The translations under genes were made by a program, and so were the position numbers. Source: Camelus ferus (lineage: Eukaryota). Taken from it: 64,000 nt of DNA. Below the pieces are notes generated by a model that did not search any database, was not told the origin of the DNA, and was given only the letters and a program-made list of their open reading frames with translations. Within the stretch, counting starts at the first letter, position 1. Every line of letters begins with the position of its first letter. Location: assembly GCF_009834535.1 (NCBI RefSeq), contig NC_045696.1, positions 80,168,001 through 80,232,000 of the forward strand. The letters are read 5' to 3'. Below are positions 12,660 to 24,779 of the stretch, piece by piece.

Positions 12660-12879
12660 AAAAAGCAATTATTTTGTGCTGCTATGAATAGGGTCCCTCT
12701 AATTCCTTGAAAGGAGCCATATATATGAGGGGCCCTAAGCTCAAGTTTTATGGTAAATCTGCCCCTGCACAAGATTCAGATTCGTAGGTTCGTACCCTCC
12801 TTCTACATGCCTCTCCTGGACCACCCTGTAGCCCTACCAGGGCACCAAGTCCCCAGCTAGATGCGTTACCTTCTCCCCT

Positions 12880-14250
12880 GCACTGACATGGCCTTATATA
12901 CTGTTTCACGTGGTTGCACCACCCTCTCTTCAGTTACCCCAAGCTAGAATTAGGACTTTTCTTTATCTCCTCCAATCCTCTAACCTTCAGGCAATCACCA
13001 AGTCCAATTAATGGTACTTCCTAAATATTTATGTAGAAAATATTTACATTTTATATTAAAATTTTTTAAACTTTCTAGAAAAATATATTGAATATTTATA
13101 TCCTAACTATTCAAAATCCACTCCCTCTCTCCCATCCCTGGATACACTACTCCAGTTGAGTCCCTCTTCAACCAGGTAAGGGACTTGCCCAAACAGTTGC
13201 AGTAACTAACTAGTTTTATTCTCTCCAGTCTTGTATCCCTCAAATCCATCCACTTTTTAGCTGCAAAAAGGGTGACTTAAAACCCAAACCTGACCATCTA
13301 TTTCTAGCTTAAAGTCTTCAGCCCATTGATTGGGTTCAGTGCACTTAACATTATACACAAGGCTCTCCCTCTTGGCCCTGCCCCTGCCCACTTCTCCAGC
13401 CAGTTTCTCCAAGTGTGGCCTGGGGGCACACAAAATCAAACTGTTTTAATAAGCATACTATGATGTTATTTGCTTTTGTCACAGTTTTTCTCTCATAAGT
13501 GTACAGTATAGTTTTCCGGCTGCTGCTTGACATGTGGTGTTGCAATAGCTGGGCTGTAGGAGAATCCGGCTGCCTCCTGTTGGGCCAGACATTAAAGAGT
13601 TTTGCAGACATGTAAAACAATGCCACACCTCTCACTTGTTTGTGTTTGAAAAATTTAGTGATTTTTTTTTTCCTCCACAAAATATAGCTTAAGGTTACAT
13701 GTAATTAAATACATTAATAACTATGTTGAAAATGTCTCCATTTTCATTTCTAACAGAGTAAACATCAATAAATAAAGTTCCCAGGAACAAAAGCTTTTTG
13801 GGGGTCCTTAATAATTTTTAAGAATGTAAAGTCCTGAGACCAAAACAGTCGAGAAGTGCTGATGGACTGAGAGCATCATCGCTTGGCAAGCCCTGTATCT
13901 CGTGCGAGGCTCCAGCCAGCCAGCATTGGTCTTGGTATCACGGCTCTGCACACACACCATGTTTTCTCTTACCTGATGCTCTTCCCTCCACCCAGATGCC
14001 CTTTGTTTGCCCTTCCTTGTCTTCCTTTGCCAGCCTCCTCCAGGAAGCCTTTCCTAACTCCTCCCTTCTCAGGATGATTCAGGCGTCTCTCCTCTGGTCT
14101 CACACTGCACTCAACACTTGGCAGGTAACTGTCTTTCAGTGCATCTGACTCCCTCACAGGAAGGGGATCCTTGACGTCGGGTCATGTCAACATTACCTTT
14201 GTGACCCCAGTGCCCGACACAGCGCCTCTTACAGAATAATCACAGTAAAT
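12880..14250 (+). mobile_element. L2 LINE 3' region, interrupted by a Charlie element at ~13397-13861
   Basis: caatcaccaagtcc...aaaatccactccctctctcccatccctg...cttaaagtcttcagcccattg; resumes ...tccaggaagcctttcctaactcc...ctttgtgaccccagtgcccgacacagcgcct. Confidence 0.55.
13397..13861. mobile_element. hAT-Charlie1-family non-autonomous DNA transposon
   Basis: gagaatccggctgcctcctgttgggccagacattaaagagttttgcagacatgtaaaacaatgccac...ggggtccttaataatttttaagaatgtaaagtcctgagaccaaaacagtcgagaagtgctg; cag...ctg termini. Confidence 0.7.
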
Positions 14251-14476
14251 CTTCTTATGTTGTCTCAATTAAAACAATGTTCTTTTCAATGATGTAACAT
14301 TATGCCTGATACTATTATATATGTTTGCTTATTTAGATTCTTAAGACAAGAATCACTGTGGGTTTTTTTTTTTTCCCCTGCAGATGTTTTCTTTCTACTA
14401 ATGCATTAAAGACTTAACATGATTAACAAATGAAACACTGGAGCCTACAATAGAGTATTTTAAAAATTCAAGACAA

Positions 14477-14495
14477 CTGCCAGCAGAGGGCGCTC
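14477..14495 (+). promoter_or_regulatory. Strong CTCF motif
   Basis: CTGCCAGCAGAGGGCGCTC matches CCASYAGRKGGCRS fully, with the CpG retained. Confidence 0.65.
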
Positions 14496-16023
14496 TTGAA
14501 AGCAAATGGCATTAGGCATCCTCCACACTGCTGCTTATGTTTCACCAGGAATTTAAAAAGAAAAGATTTCCCAATAGCTTATAAAAGATAAATAAAAAGG
14601 CATGCTATATTTCATCACAGAATAAATTAAATTAAAAAATTTAAAAATAGACTTTAAAATCCTCATAAATACCTAGAGAATATGACTGCATTCTCAAAAC
14701 AAAACAAAAAAGGACTCACATTGATCTTTTGTTAAAGCATGACTCACATCTCTGCCCACCAAAGGGCTTTGTCTTTTTTTTTTTTTTTTCCACAGTTTTA
14801 TTCAAGGTAGATATTTGCCGTCCATTTGGGAAAAGTCTGACAGAAAAACAGTGCTCTATATTTTTTGGAGGACCATTTAGTACAGCCGGAAATATAGGAC
14901 CTTCATCTTTTGTGGTGTCTGCTGGCCACACCCAGCACCCAGCACTGGGTGAATCCTACGATGGGAAGAAACTGCCTTTGAAATCAGTAAGTAAGGCAGA
15001 GCTATTTGGCCTTCAAAAGCTAAACCACAATTTCAATTCAAATAACACCAGCAGTGACATTTGCAGGATTGCCATACTTTTAAAAACAGACATAATATGT
15101 TCCATGGTTAAGGGGAAAAATGCTTGCCTCTCAGCTCACATGGGACAGAGGAAATGGCAAGGACTAGAATTCTGAAAACCGCAATTCCAGTTCTAGCTAT
15201 GTCAGCAAATATCTCAGTGAATACAGGTAAGTCTTCATCGGTGCCTTGGCTTCCCCGTTTTAAGAGCTATATTTATCTAAACGCCTCTTACTCCACAAAA
15301 ATACCTAAAGCAGCTTATAATTTAAAAATACAATGAAATAGTGACATAGAAATAGGAACTCATAGCCAAGGAAAAGAACAAAAATAGGCCAACTAGAAAT
15401 AACAGTTGTGGTTAACTCCTGGCTTGCCCCGACAATTGAGGCACAAAGGGAAAAACAGGACCAGTGATTCAGCCTTTCTGCCAGCCTTTCTGAGGCATTC
15501 CATTTCCTCAGGGGTGATGGTCTTTCCCTAGCATTGATTCTAAAAGAATATCTCTATTTGTGGCTTAGTGGATAATGCCCTCAATTATTTTAAAGCAAAT
15601 ACAATAGGAGCGTTCACACAACCATTTAGTGAACTTGAATGAAAACTGAGGACATGATTTTAGACCTCAGTGTATCCATATGTTAAATCACTTAAGAATG
15701 CTTACCCTACTGCCTCCAAGGACTATTTTAAAAATAAAGCTAAAGAAGGGCATTTTAAAAAGTTACGAGTTTGTCGACCTAAAACAGAAAGTCAAGAAGG
15801 TATAGAAAGTCAAGAAGCCAGACTGCTTCTTCTGTCTTTCAGTGTATCTAATTTCTGCTTCTTTCTTCTAATCTTCCCAAACACCCAGCTTCTCTCAGCA
15901 CATAGGTTTTCTTGGCTTGCTTTATCAATCCATCATAACTTTGTATGATAAAAATGACCACCAATTCTGGATAGGATTAAAGCACCCACTACTGATTTTC
16001 TAAAATGTCTATTTATCTTAAGC

Positions 16024-16155
16024 CAGCACTTCTCAAAGGTTAATCTGCATGTGAATCACCTGGGAATCCTAATTCAGTAAGTCTACATGGGTCCTAAGAA
16101 TCCCAGGTAATCCCCTGATGCTGCTGGTGGGCAGACCACACTTTGAGTAGCAAGG
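16024..16155. mobile_element. MER5-family hAT MITE
   Basis: cagcacttctcaaagg...gaatcacctgggaatc...gatgctgctggtgggcagaccacactttgagtagcaagg. Confidence 0.65.
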
Positions 16156-16453
16156 CCTACTAAAAGTAGCAAGTGCACATTTCTGAGGGAAGGAATCTGA
16201 TTGGCGGCTAGCCAGCCAATGATTTGGGTTGGATGCAATCATCTGGCCTGGGATAATTGTATGGCATGCCCAATCAGCAAGAGCTATGGATGTAAGTAGA
16301 GTCACTGAGAAAATGGGCAAGCATCTCAAAACGTAGATATTTTACTCCTGTCTGCATCTAAAGTGTCCATGGCTTTTCACTGGCTGTGTGTCTTCCTAGG
16401 AAGAAGAGGAGTATGTGTTCCTGTCCGGCTCTACTACAGCCACTGCGCACGAG

Positions 16454-16471
16454 GGCGCCCCCTCCTGGTCG
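16454..16471 (-). promoter_or_regulatory. Strong CTCF motif
   Basis: Reverse complement CGACCAGGAGGGGGCGCC; sits in a local CpG cluster at 16445-16471. Confidence 0.6.
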
Positions 16472-17220
16472 TCCAACTCTATTTAATTGAGGTTTCTATG
16501 TATTCAATTTTTACAAGTTAGATATTATTAATTGTATCCCTCTAGGTATATTGACAATAAGATGATCAGTTTTCTGTTCTTTTATTGGTGCCAAGGGGAA
16601 AAAAGCCAGGGGCATTATAGGCAAGGTACGTAGAAAAATTATTAAAGGTTATATAAGACACTTAACTGGTTACTTCTGGGATGTGGAAATAAGGGTCCTA
16701 GGGGAGGAAAGGTGTTTTTTTTCTACTTTGCTTCCCTCTGAAATTTTTGAATTTTTCATAATGACTATGCATTATTTAATATTTTTAAAACATAAAAGAA
16801 AAGGCAATCTATTCACAGATAATACCTATACAGGGTCTACAAAATGACTCCAAACATCCATTTTTAATTCCTTTTAGTTGTGATTTAGTCATCTCTTGCA
16901 AGAAACAGGCACTCATTCAAGTTAGTGTAAGTAAAAAGGGAGGTTTATGGTAAGGATACAACCAGAAATCTTTGTATATCCAAGATCAAAAAATGAAAGA
17001 ACGCCTGCCCTCCCAACTTCCATCTCCTCTCTGTAGAATGTTCTCCTCCTCCTATGGTGGCAGGCGCTGAATTGCAATTCTCTGCTGATTTCCGGTAAAC
17101 CCTTCTTTGCTGGAGAAGTATCTGGCAGTCTATTTGTTTTAGATGATGAGCATTCTTCCTTCAGGTTTGTTGCTATCAATTCCAGCTGTGCTTCCTCACC
17201 ATTCTGAATGATGGAGTAAT

Positions 17221-17346
17221 CAGTGGTTCTTAAACTTGAGATTCGGAATCAGTGAATCAGTCCAGCGTGGGGCCTGTGCATTGGGACTTTGAACAAGCTT
17301 CATGGGTCATTCTAATGCATCATTGCATTCTAGTCTGAGACCACTG
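17221..17346. mobile_element. MER5-family hAT MITE
   Basis: TIR-like ends cagtggttcttaaact ... agtctgagaccactg. Confidence 0.55.
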
Positions 17347-17454
17347 AACTAAAAAAAAAGAAAAAAGAAAAAGTCGTTTCCAGTGGACCAAAGGGTGGGA
17401 GAGTGGGGGATAGTGTTCCTAACATTGAAATGCATATGTAACTGTATGTTACAT

Positions 17455-17625
17455 CAGTGGTTTTCAAACTTTTGCATGTATTAGAATCCTTTGGAAGGCT
17501 TGTTAAAACACAGACTGCTGCACAGATTGCTGGCCTCAGCTCCCAAATTTCTGATCCAGTAGTCTGGAACTAAGCCCAATAATTTATAGATTTACAAGGT
17601 CCCAGGTGACACTGTTGTTGCTGAT
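17455..17625. mobile_element. MER5A-like hAT MITE
   Basis: cagtggttttcaaacttttgcatgtattagaatcctttggaaggcttgttaaaacacagactgctg...acaaggtcccaggtgacactg. Confidence 0.7.
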
Positions 17626-17804
17626 GCCGAATGCATTGTGAGGATTTATGGAATAACTTAGAACTATAAAAATATCCCTTACTTTTCAGTGAATTACAGG
17701 GAAACGGATAGAAGATGGTTTCCATTTGGGCCTTTGCTAATTTTTAAGGATCTAAGACAGAAAGGCTAAACTCACAAATGCATTATATTCTCTCTGCACA
17801 CCAG

Positions 17805-18150
17805 GTGTATCACTCAGGGTCCCAGCAGGAAAGAGATGGCACCCCTAAATTAGTTCATTTGAGAAGTATTTCAAATGTCTATGCAAAAATGTGACAGGGT
17901 TTAAGGAAACCAACAAGAGACAGAGCAGTACTCTGGGGCTAGTAGCAACAGGGAGGTGTTATCTTATCTGGACCTTTAACATGAAGGAATGAAGAAATCC
18001 CACATTCTAAGAGAGGGCAGCTGTGTGAAGAATGCCGGCATCCACTTTGTCTTTGGTGGACCATCAGAGAAGGAACCTGAGGAATAAATTCCTCAAACTT
18101 CGTTCTCCTTCTGCCCTCCGTTCTCCTGCCTGTGCCTTCCATGCTCTAAG
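17805..18150 (-). mobile_element. ERVL-class LTR fragment (LTR33-like)
   Basis: tgtatcactcagggtcccagcaggaaagagatggcac...gggtttaaggaaaccaacaagagacagagcagtactctggggctagtagcaacagggag. Confidence 0.6.
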
Positions 18151-18727
18151 CTGGGAATGAGGGCTCTGTAGCTGAACCTCACATCTAGTGCTTTTGTGGC
18201 CTGGGGTTTAGGAGCACAGATAGTAAGGGAGGTAGATGTCCTCCACGTCCACTTCACACTGGCAAATTTTAGCTTTTTATGCTCTCTGACGTTATTACAC
18301 TTAAAAAAATAATGGAAGTGACGCTTAATTTAAGATGACATGCAGCAGAATAATAGGTGTAGCTGTACTGTGACATCTAGCCCTACTGGTTATCCTGGCT
18401 CAAAATTTGTAAGCAGGGTAACTAACTAAAGATACACTGCTGGCCTCTCCTTTTCAGTATGAGTTTTAGGATCAAATGATTTTTCCTGCCTACTTCAGAG
18501 CAATAACTTTGATGGATGGTAGGCAACAAAAAGGACCTCAGAAACTATAATTCCAACATTTATAGAGATGAAGACTTCGCTTAAACTGTCAGTGTATTGA
18601 TCAATCAAGAAAGAGACTTGTACTTCTCTTCTATGGCCAATAAGGACTGTGCAGGCACAGAAGGGACACAAGATGATACATTCAGCAAAATATTGTGTCT
18701 CAAAATGCCCACTTCTCCCATGATCTT

Positions 18728-18905
18728 TCACTCACTCACTCACTCATTCACTCATTCATTCATTCATTCATTCATTCATTGAATAAACGCTGTTGCATCT
18801 CTTCTGAATGCCCGGTACAGTGCCAGTCTCTTAGGATCACTGGTGAGAAAAGCACCCCCAGGCCTTCAAGGAGCTTGCAATCCTGTGAGGGAAATGGAGA
18901 AGTTA
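18728..18905 (-). mobile_element. L2 3' end with (TTCA/CTCA)n tail
   Basis: (cact/catt)n run followed by gaataaacgctgttgcatctcttctgaatgcccggtacagtgc...ccttcaaggagcttgcaatcctg. Confidence 0.6.
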
Positions 18906-19663
18906 ATAACACTGATCTATTTTATGAAAATAGCTACGTATGTTCATAATAATCCATGGTTTCCTAGAGCACTTTTTACAGGTGTTATTTAATCCTCACT
19001 CAATTTGGGAAGTAATTTTTATTGTTCTGATTCTACAGGTAAGTAGCTGAGACTGAAAAGATAGATACTGATGAATGATTGGTGGACATGGAACTTAAAC
19101 CCAAATCACAGGGCATGCATCTCTGTGCTGGGCATTGTTCTACAATTGTCGTCTTTATTCAAAACCCAAATACATAGGAAGGGTAAGATACCAAGTCATT
19201 AATTCCAAAATATAAGTCAGCTTTAAATGTGACAGGAATAGAATGCCTTGAGAGACCAGAGAAAAGAAAGGAAATAGTAATGAAAGTTGGCCTTGAAAAG
19301 AGGAAAACAGTATAAAAATAGAAGATGAAGGTCACCAACAGGCAACATTCACTGCTCCATAACTTCACTTAGGTCTGGCCCTGTCACCTACACAGGCTCC
19401 AAGACTGCTGCCCCTAGATTCATGTCTAGGGTTGAGTCTATAGCCAGGTCAGTTATAATTAAGCTGGATTATTTGTTCTAGCTTTGCTGAGAGGGAGTGA
19501 GATACCAGGTTAATGTGATCAAAAACGTTCTCTGTCTTTGTGGTTGGCATTTGTTCTTTTCCTTAGGGCCATAATGAATTTGTGCCCCAAAGAGCACATG
19601 AAGTTCTATGTGGCCAAATTAAAATGCCCTGTAAGTAGTCTCAACACCATGTAGGGTGTGTGG

Positions 19664-19664
<1 letters not shown>

Positions 19665-19702
<38 letters not shown>
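19665..19702. repeat. (TG)19 microsatellite
   Basis: Perfect TG dinucleotide run. Confidence 0.95.
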
Positions 19703-19706
<4 letters not shown>

Positions 19707-20129
19707 GGTCTCCAAATTGGCATGACCTAAAAGAATTCTGTAAACAAGTGGGAACACTTTGTTGTCCATTAATGGAGACATGCCCTATTTCCTCCTTGGC
19801 TCACCTTGCCGAGTTTAGTACATCAGACACCCAGTGAAGATTCAGGATGTCTTAAAACCAAAGCACATGATAGAGGAATGTAGAGTATACAAAATTTTAA
19901 TATCATGGGCTGGTTTGATTTTTAAGACTTTAATCACAAAGTTACACTTTGGTGATTTTAAAAGAACACTGAACATATCTTAAAAAAATACTGCATTCAA
20001 ATCACTCTGATTCATCCTCCATTTACAAACAATTTTCTGTTTTACCTAAAGTACCAAGTGCAGAATAATTATTTTTTGGAACAATGCTATATAAATCCTG
20101 AGGGAAGCACTAATAATAATAGATATAAT

Positions 20130-20335
20130 GTATTGAATGCTTATGTATGTGATAAGCATATGACAAATATTTTCCCCTAACAATCTGCAATATTTTGTGC
20201 TTCGAGGGGATGAGGAAATTGAAAGGTTAATTAGCTTATCCAAGATCATATGGCTAGAAAGTGGCTGAGATGGAGGATTTGAATCCAGATCAGTTTAAAT
20301 CCGAACTCTATGCTCTTTCATCGCATCACTCCACC
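20130..20335 (-). mobile_element. MIR SINE
   Basis: tattgaatgcttatgtatgtg...gatgaggaaattgaaaggttaattagcttatccaagatcatatggctagaaagtggctgagatggaggatttgaatccag. Confidence 0.7.
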
Positions 20336-20435
20336 CTAGAAGAGGTGAGTTTTCTGACTCCAAGCTCTGACTTTTAAAATCTTAAGAACTGCATTGATAA
20401 TTTGGGGCAATGGGGGAGATCCTGTTAAAACAACT

Positions 20436-21336
20436 TGCGATAGTTAATTTCATGTGCCATCTTGACTGGGCCACAAAGTGCCCAGATATTTGGTCCAACA
20501 TTATTCTGAGTGTGTTTGTGAGGGTGTTTTTGAAAGAGTAACATTTGAATCGGTACACTGAGTAAAGCAGACTGCCCTCCGCAATGTGGGTGAGCCTCCA
20601 AACACCCGACGACCTGAAGGGAACAAAAAGGCTGACTTTTCTGTGAATAAGAAGGAACTCTCCTCTGCCTGGCTCTCTTGGAGCTGGGACATTGGTCTTC
20701 TCTGCCTTTGAACTTAGACTTGGACTGGAACTTACTCCACTGGCTTTCCTGGTTCTCAGGCTTTTGAATTTGGACTGGCACTGCACCAGCCGCTCTCCTG
20801 GGTCTCAGCTTGCAGACTGCAGACCTTGGGAGGCTTCAGCGTCCACAACCACACGGTCCCATTCCTTACAATCAATCTATGCGTATATATATTATATCTA
20901 TATATATATTCAGCTGACTCTTGAACAATGTGAGTTTGAACTGTGCAGGTCTACTTATACATGGATTTTTTTCAATAAATATAGTGCCTTATTTTCATTT
21001 TCTAGATCTAGAACTAAATGTGGAGAAAAGTTTCTGTTTGATTAGAGATCACAATATATGGAATCAACAGAGCTGGTGTTTGAGTCCTGATTGTATTCAA
21101 ACTTCCTGTTTCAGCTTCCTGCCCATGGGTAAGTCATTTATCAATTCTTTGTTTTTGAGGAAGAGATAGCAGCAAACAGATTTTTGATTGCAGGGGAGAG
21201 GGGGGCAGGAGTTGGCACTCCTAACTCCCCAACATTGTTCAAGGGTTAACTGTTTATATGTGTGTGTATATATGTATATATCTCTCCTATCTCCTATCTC
21301 CTCTTGGTTTTGCTTCTCTGGAAGACTCATAATACA
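20436..21336 (+). mobile_element. MLT2 (ERVL) solo LTR, interrupted by a Tigger2 MITE
   Basis: TGcgatagttaatttcatgtgccatcttgactgggccac...ttggttttgcttctctggaagactcataataCA; perfect 5-bp TSD caact at 20431-20435 and 21337-21341. Confidence 0.85.
20911..21252. mobile_element. Tigger2-family MITE (Tigger2a_Art-like)
   Basis: TIRs cagctgactcttgaacaatg / cattgttcaagggttaactg; inserted in the TA-rich tract of the MLT2 LTR. Confidence 0.8.
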
Positions 21337-21566
21337 CAACTCTTCTCATCAAGTATTCAAAGATCAAGCCAATAAGCCAGCTGTTATTTAAGTTTCATCT
21401 GGTCCATCTCCAAGCCTCTGACACACTTATCTCTGGTGATTCTCTGGAAATTCCCACTACACTTCCCTGATGGCAAAATTTATACCCACTTACCCTTGGT
21501 GTTACTGAGAATTTTAGGAGATAAAAGTAACTCACCATCCAAAAAGAACTAAAACCTTCTATTTTT

Positions 21567-21705
21567 AAAAAATTAATCTTTCTTTGGGGGTTGGGGTGGT
21601 AATTAGGCTTATTCATCTATTTGTTTAATGGTGGTACTGGGGCTTGAACCCAGGACCTCATGCATGCCAGGCATGCACTCTACCACTGAGCTATACCCTC
21701 CCCAC
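21567..21705 (-). mobile_element. tRNA-derived camelid (vic-1-like) SINE
   Basis: Reverse complement ggggagggtatagctcagtggtagagtgcatgcctggcatgcatgaggtcctgggttcaagccccagtacc...cctaattacc; TSD ctaaaaccttct at 21549 and 21706. Confidence 0.9.
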
Positions 21706-21938
21706 CTAAAACCTTCTGTTTTTTAAAATTAAAATTTTAAAGAGAAAATTTATTTTTTAAAAGTTCAGTTTCTTTGGTTCAAAGTAGAAACTTATTTTAT
21801 ATTGTAGTTTGCATATTTAGTTCAACATTTCTTAATAGATAAAATATACTGCATAAACTACTTCAAGTATATCTCAAGCCATATGGAACTCATATTGTAG
21901 GACAGAAAGGGAGACATTTAAAATTGAAATGCATAAAA

Positions 21939-22001
21939 GGGTAGAGTGCGTGCTTATCATGCACCAAGTCCTGGGTTCAATCCCTAGTACCTCCATTAAA
22001 A

Positions 22002-22064
<63 letters not shown>

Positions 22065-22319
22065 CCTAATTACCTCCCCCTACAAAAAAAAGTAATAAAA
22101 AATGGGGGGGGGGGGTATAGCTCAATGGTAGAGTGCTTGCTTACCATGCACGAGGTCATGGATTCAATCCCCAGTACCTCCGTTAAAAAAATTTTTTTAA
22201 TTTATAAAACCTAATTACCTCCCACTCAAATAAATTTTTTAAAAAAGAAAAAGAAAATTTAAAAAATTTAAAAATAGAAGTAAATAAATGAAAATAAAAA
22301 TAAAAAAGACTTTAAAAAG
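21939..22319 (+). mobile_element. Composite of two tandem camelid SINEs (5'-truncated copy, then full copy from ~22104) with (TAAA)15
   Basis: Two B boxes and two cctaattacctccc tails; one outer 15-bp TSD ttgaaatgcataaaa at 21924-21938 and 22320-22334; (TAAA)n at 22002-22061. Confidence 0.85.
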
Positions 22320-23409
22320 TTGAAATGCATAAAAATCAAAACAGGTAGTTCACCCAATTTCTAAGACCACATTTTGTATGAGATAATATAATCAACCATG
22401 CTATACCTAAGAGGGTTTTTCCACCAGTCTCCTTAACTGTCTTGAGGAGTCTGTGAAACAAACCAGTTGAATAGGATGTTGCTCTGAGCAGGAGCATCCC
22501 TGAACCATCTGGGAAAGGCTGGCTGCATATCTGCCACCAATGGGCTCTGGCCCTGGCTCTCTGATCTATTTGACATTCAGGGGATTTTCTATGAGTGCCT
22601 TATCTCTGTGGCCTGTAGGAGTTAATGTGCTTGCAAAGGAGAGCAAATGCATTTCCAGTATATTAATGAGGTCAGACTCAAGGACAGCTGAGCAAGAATC
22701 CTATTTTTAAAATCTCAAAAAAATTCTCATGAGTGAAATGCAAGTAGAATCTGCAAGTCACTGGCTACATTCAAATTTCCCAACAGAAGGAGGTGTTTCT
22801 GCACATTATGATGTGTGCCCCTGAGGTTGTTCCGTAAATGTATATTAACAACGTGTACCTATCCTCCTGCTACATCATTAATTCATCCATTTATTCAATA
22901 CATATCCATTAGGCATCTTCCAGTTTTGAGCCATTATGCTGGGTATTATAAGGGGTTTTAAGATAAATAATAGAAGCAAAGGGGGGAAGACAAATACCCA
23001 AATAACTGAAACACAAAACAGCATTATAAGTACTTGAGTAAGAGGGAAAACAAAGGGTTATCAGGGTTAAAAGAGGCTAAAATTAAACAGAGTACTGCAG
23101 GAAGTAAATTGGGAAATACTTTATGAAGGATGGGGAATGTGAATTGTTTTGGTTTTTGTTCTTTTTCTAACTGCCCAAGGGAGAATGTGATTTTAGCTTT
23201 GAAGGCTGGCATACACTTGAGGCAAAGGGCCACTATGACAATACGTGTTTAATTGGGAAAGTTCACTGATCAGCACAATTCGGTTGATTGAAAAACCAGA
23301 GGAAATTGGAATGGGACGAGGGACCCAGTTCTGATCACAGGAGAAACCAGAGAAGCATATAGGAATTAAAGGCAAAACTTAACCAGAAAGAAATTGCCCA
23401 GCGCCTAGG

Positions 23410-23600
23410 GTGGCCAGTATGATTCAGTGGAGCAGGTGCTGACGGGTCTGTGAGTCAGAAAACCTCTGCTCGCTCTAGGCTCTTCTTTGTCTTCTGGGGG
23501 CTCATTTCACCTCTTTGGGTCTCAGTGACCACATGTGTGAAATGGGAGGACTACTCTGCCTACTTCACAGGTCATTATGAGGATTAGCCAATGCAGATGA
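23410..23600 (+). mobile_element. MIR SINE
   Basis: gagtcagaaaacctctg...catttcacctctttgggtctcagtgaccacatgtgtgaaatggg...cctacttcacaggtcattatgaggatta. Confidence 0.65.
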
Positions 23601-23679
23601 TTACTGATTTCCAGTGTAGATTGGAAGATCAGTTGGTTAGAACTATGCTATTCAACTCTTCAGACCTCAGAACACTAAT

Positions 23680-23680
<1 letters not shown>

Positions 23681-23718
<38 letters not shown>

Positions 23719-23870
23719 ATTGAAGTATAGTCAGTTTACAATGTTGTGTCAATTTCTGGTGTACAGCACAATACTTCAGTCATATAGGATCATACACGTA
23801 TTCGTTTTCATATTCTTTTTCACCACAGGTTACTGCAAGATATTGAATATAGTTCCCTGTGCTATACGGT
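23681..23870 (-). mobile_element. Short 5'-truncated lineage-specific L1 3' end with (TA)n tail
   Basis: ttttattgaagtatagtcagtttacaatgttgtg...aagatattgaatatagttccctgtgctatac; TSD tcagaacactaatt (23667-23680) / tcagaacacaaatt (23871-23884). Confidence 0.85.
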
Positions 23871-24779
23871 TCAGAACACAAATTCATTTTTAATATAAAA
23901 CATCCTTCAAAATTCTCCTTGAACAATATGACTTAGACCCACAGAGATGCAGAGCAAAAACAATTTAACCATATGTCACAGCAATGATGATAACAAAAAT
24001 TACTTAAATTTTTTTTTTACAGCCCTTTTGATATGGATACTGTTACCACTCCTAATTCAGAGGAAACTGAAAATTACAGGGGGTAAGTCAGTTGTCTACA
24101 GTCGGTGGACTAGAAAATGGCAGGGCTGAGTCTATAAACTCAAGCAGGCAGTCATGAGCCCACAGGCTTAACACCAGGCTACACTGCTTTCACGTAAGGC
24201 AAGGAAGACACAACCTTGCATATTGTGTTAATAAAAGAAAAAGTATTTACCTTCAGTGTCTATTGTCCAAGAGTATTAACCCAAAGAGAGCTAATATTCA
24301 ATTCTCTTCTTTATTAAAAAATGATACACAAAAAGGAAACATTTAATGTTAATATTATAACTCGATGAGTTGAAATTAAATAAGATCTACTTTTAGTTAA
24401 CAGGGGTTTTAACAGATTCCTTTAAAAATCATTTGCACATATTTTTCTGATTATAAATTGACACACTCATCATAGAAAATTGTGAAAACATTGAAAAGTA
24501 TAAAGATCATAAAAATAACCCACAATTCCATTATTAACATTTTGTTAAATGTCTTTTCAGTCTTTTTTATAATTCAAGGGTAATAATTTTAGGCTTTTTT
24601 GTCCCTAGTGAAATATAGCTGCTTTCTTAAGAATTGAAAATGTTTGCATTTGAAGGTACAGGTTTCTCAGTAACAGAATTTTCACTCACTGCTAGCTTTT
24701 CCCTTCATTATGTATAGTAAAATATGACATGTACTATATATATAAAAATATAATATGTAGTAACATGTACATTACATAT

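Noticed and set aside
14729..15175. 148-aa ORF
   Set aside because: Non-ATG start, crosses a poly-T run, no recognisable homology or exon signals
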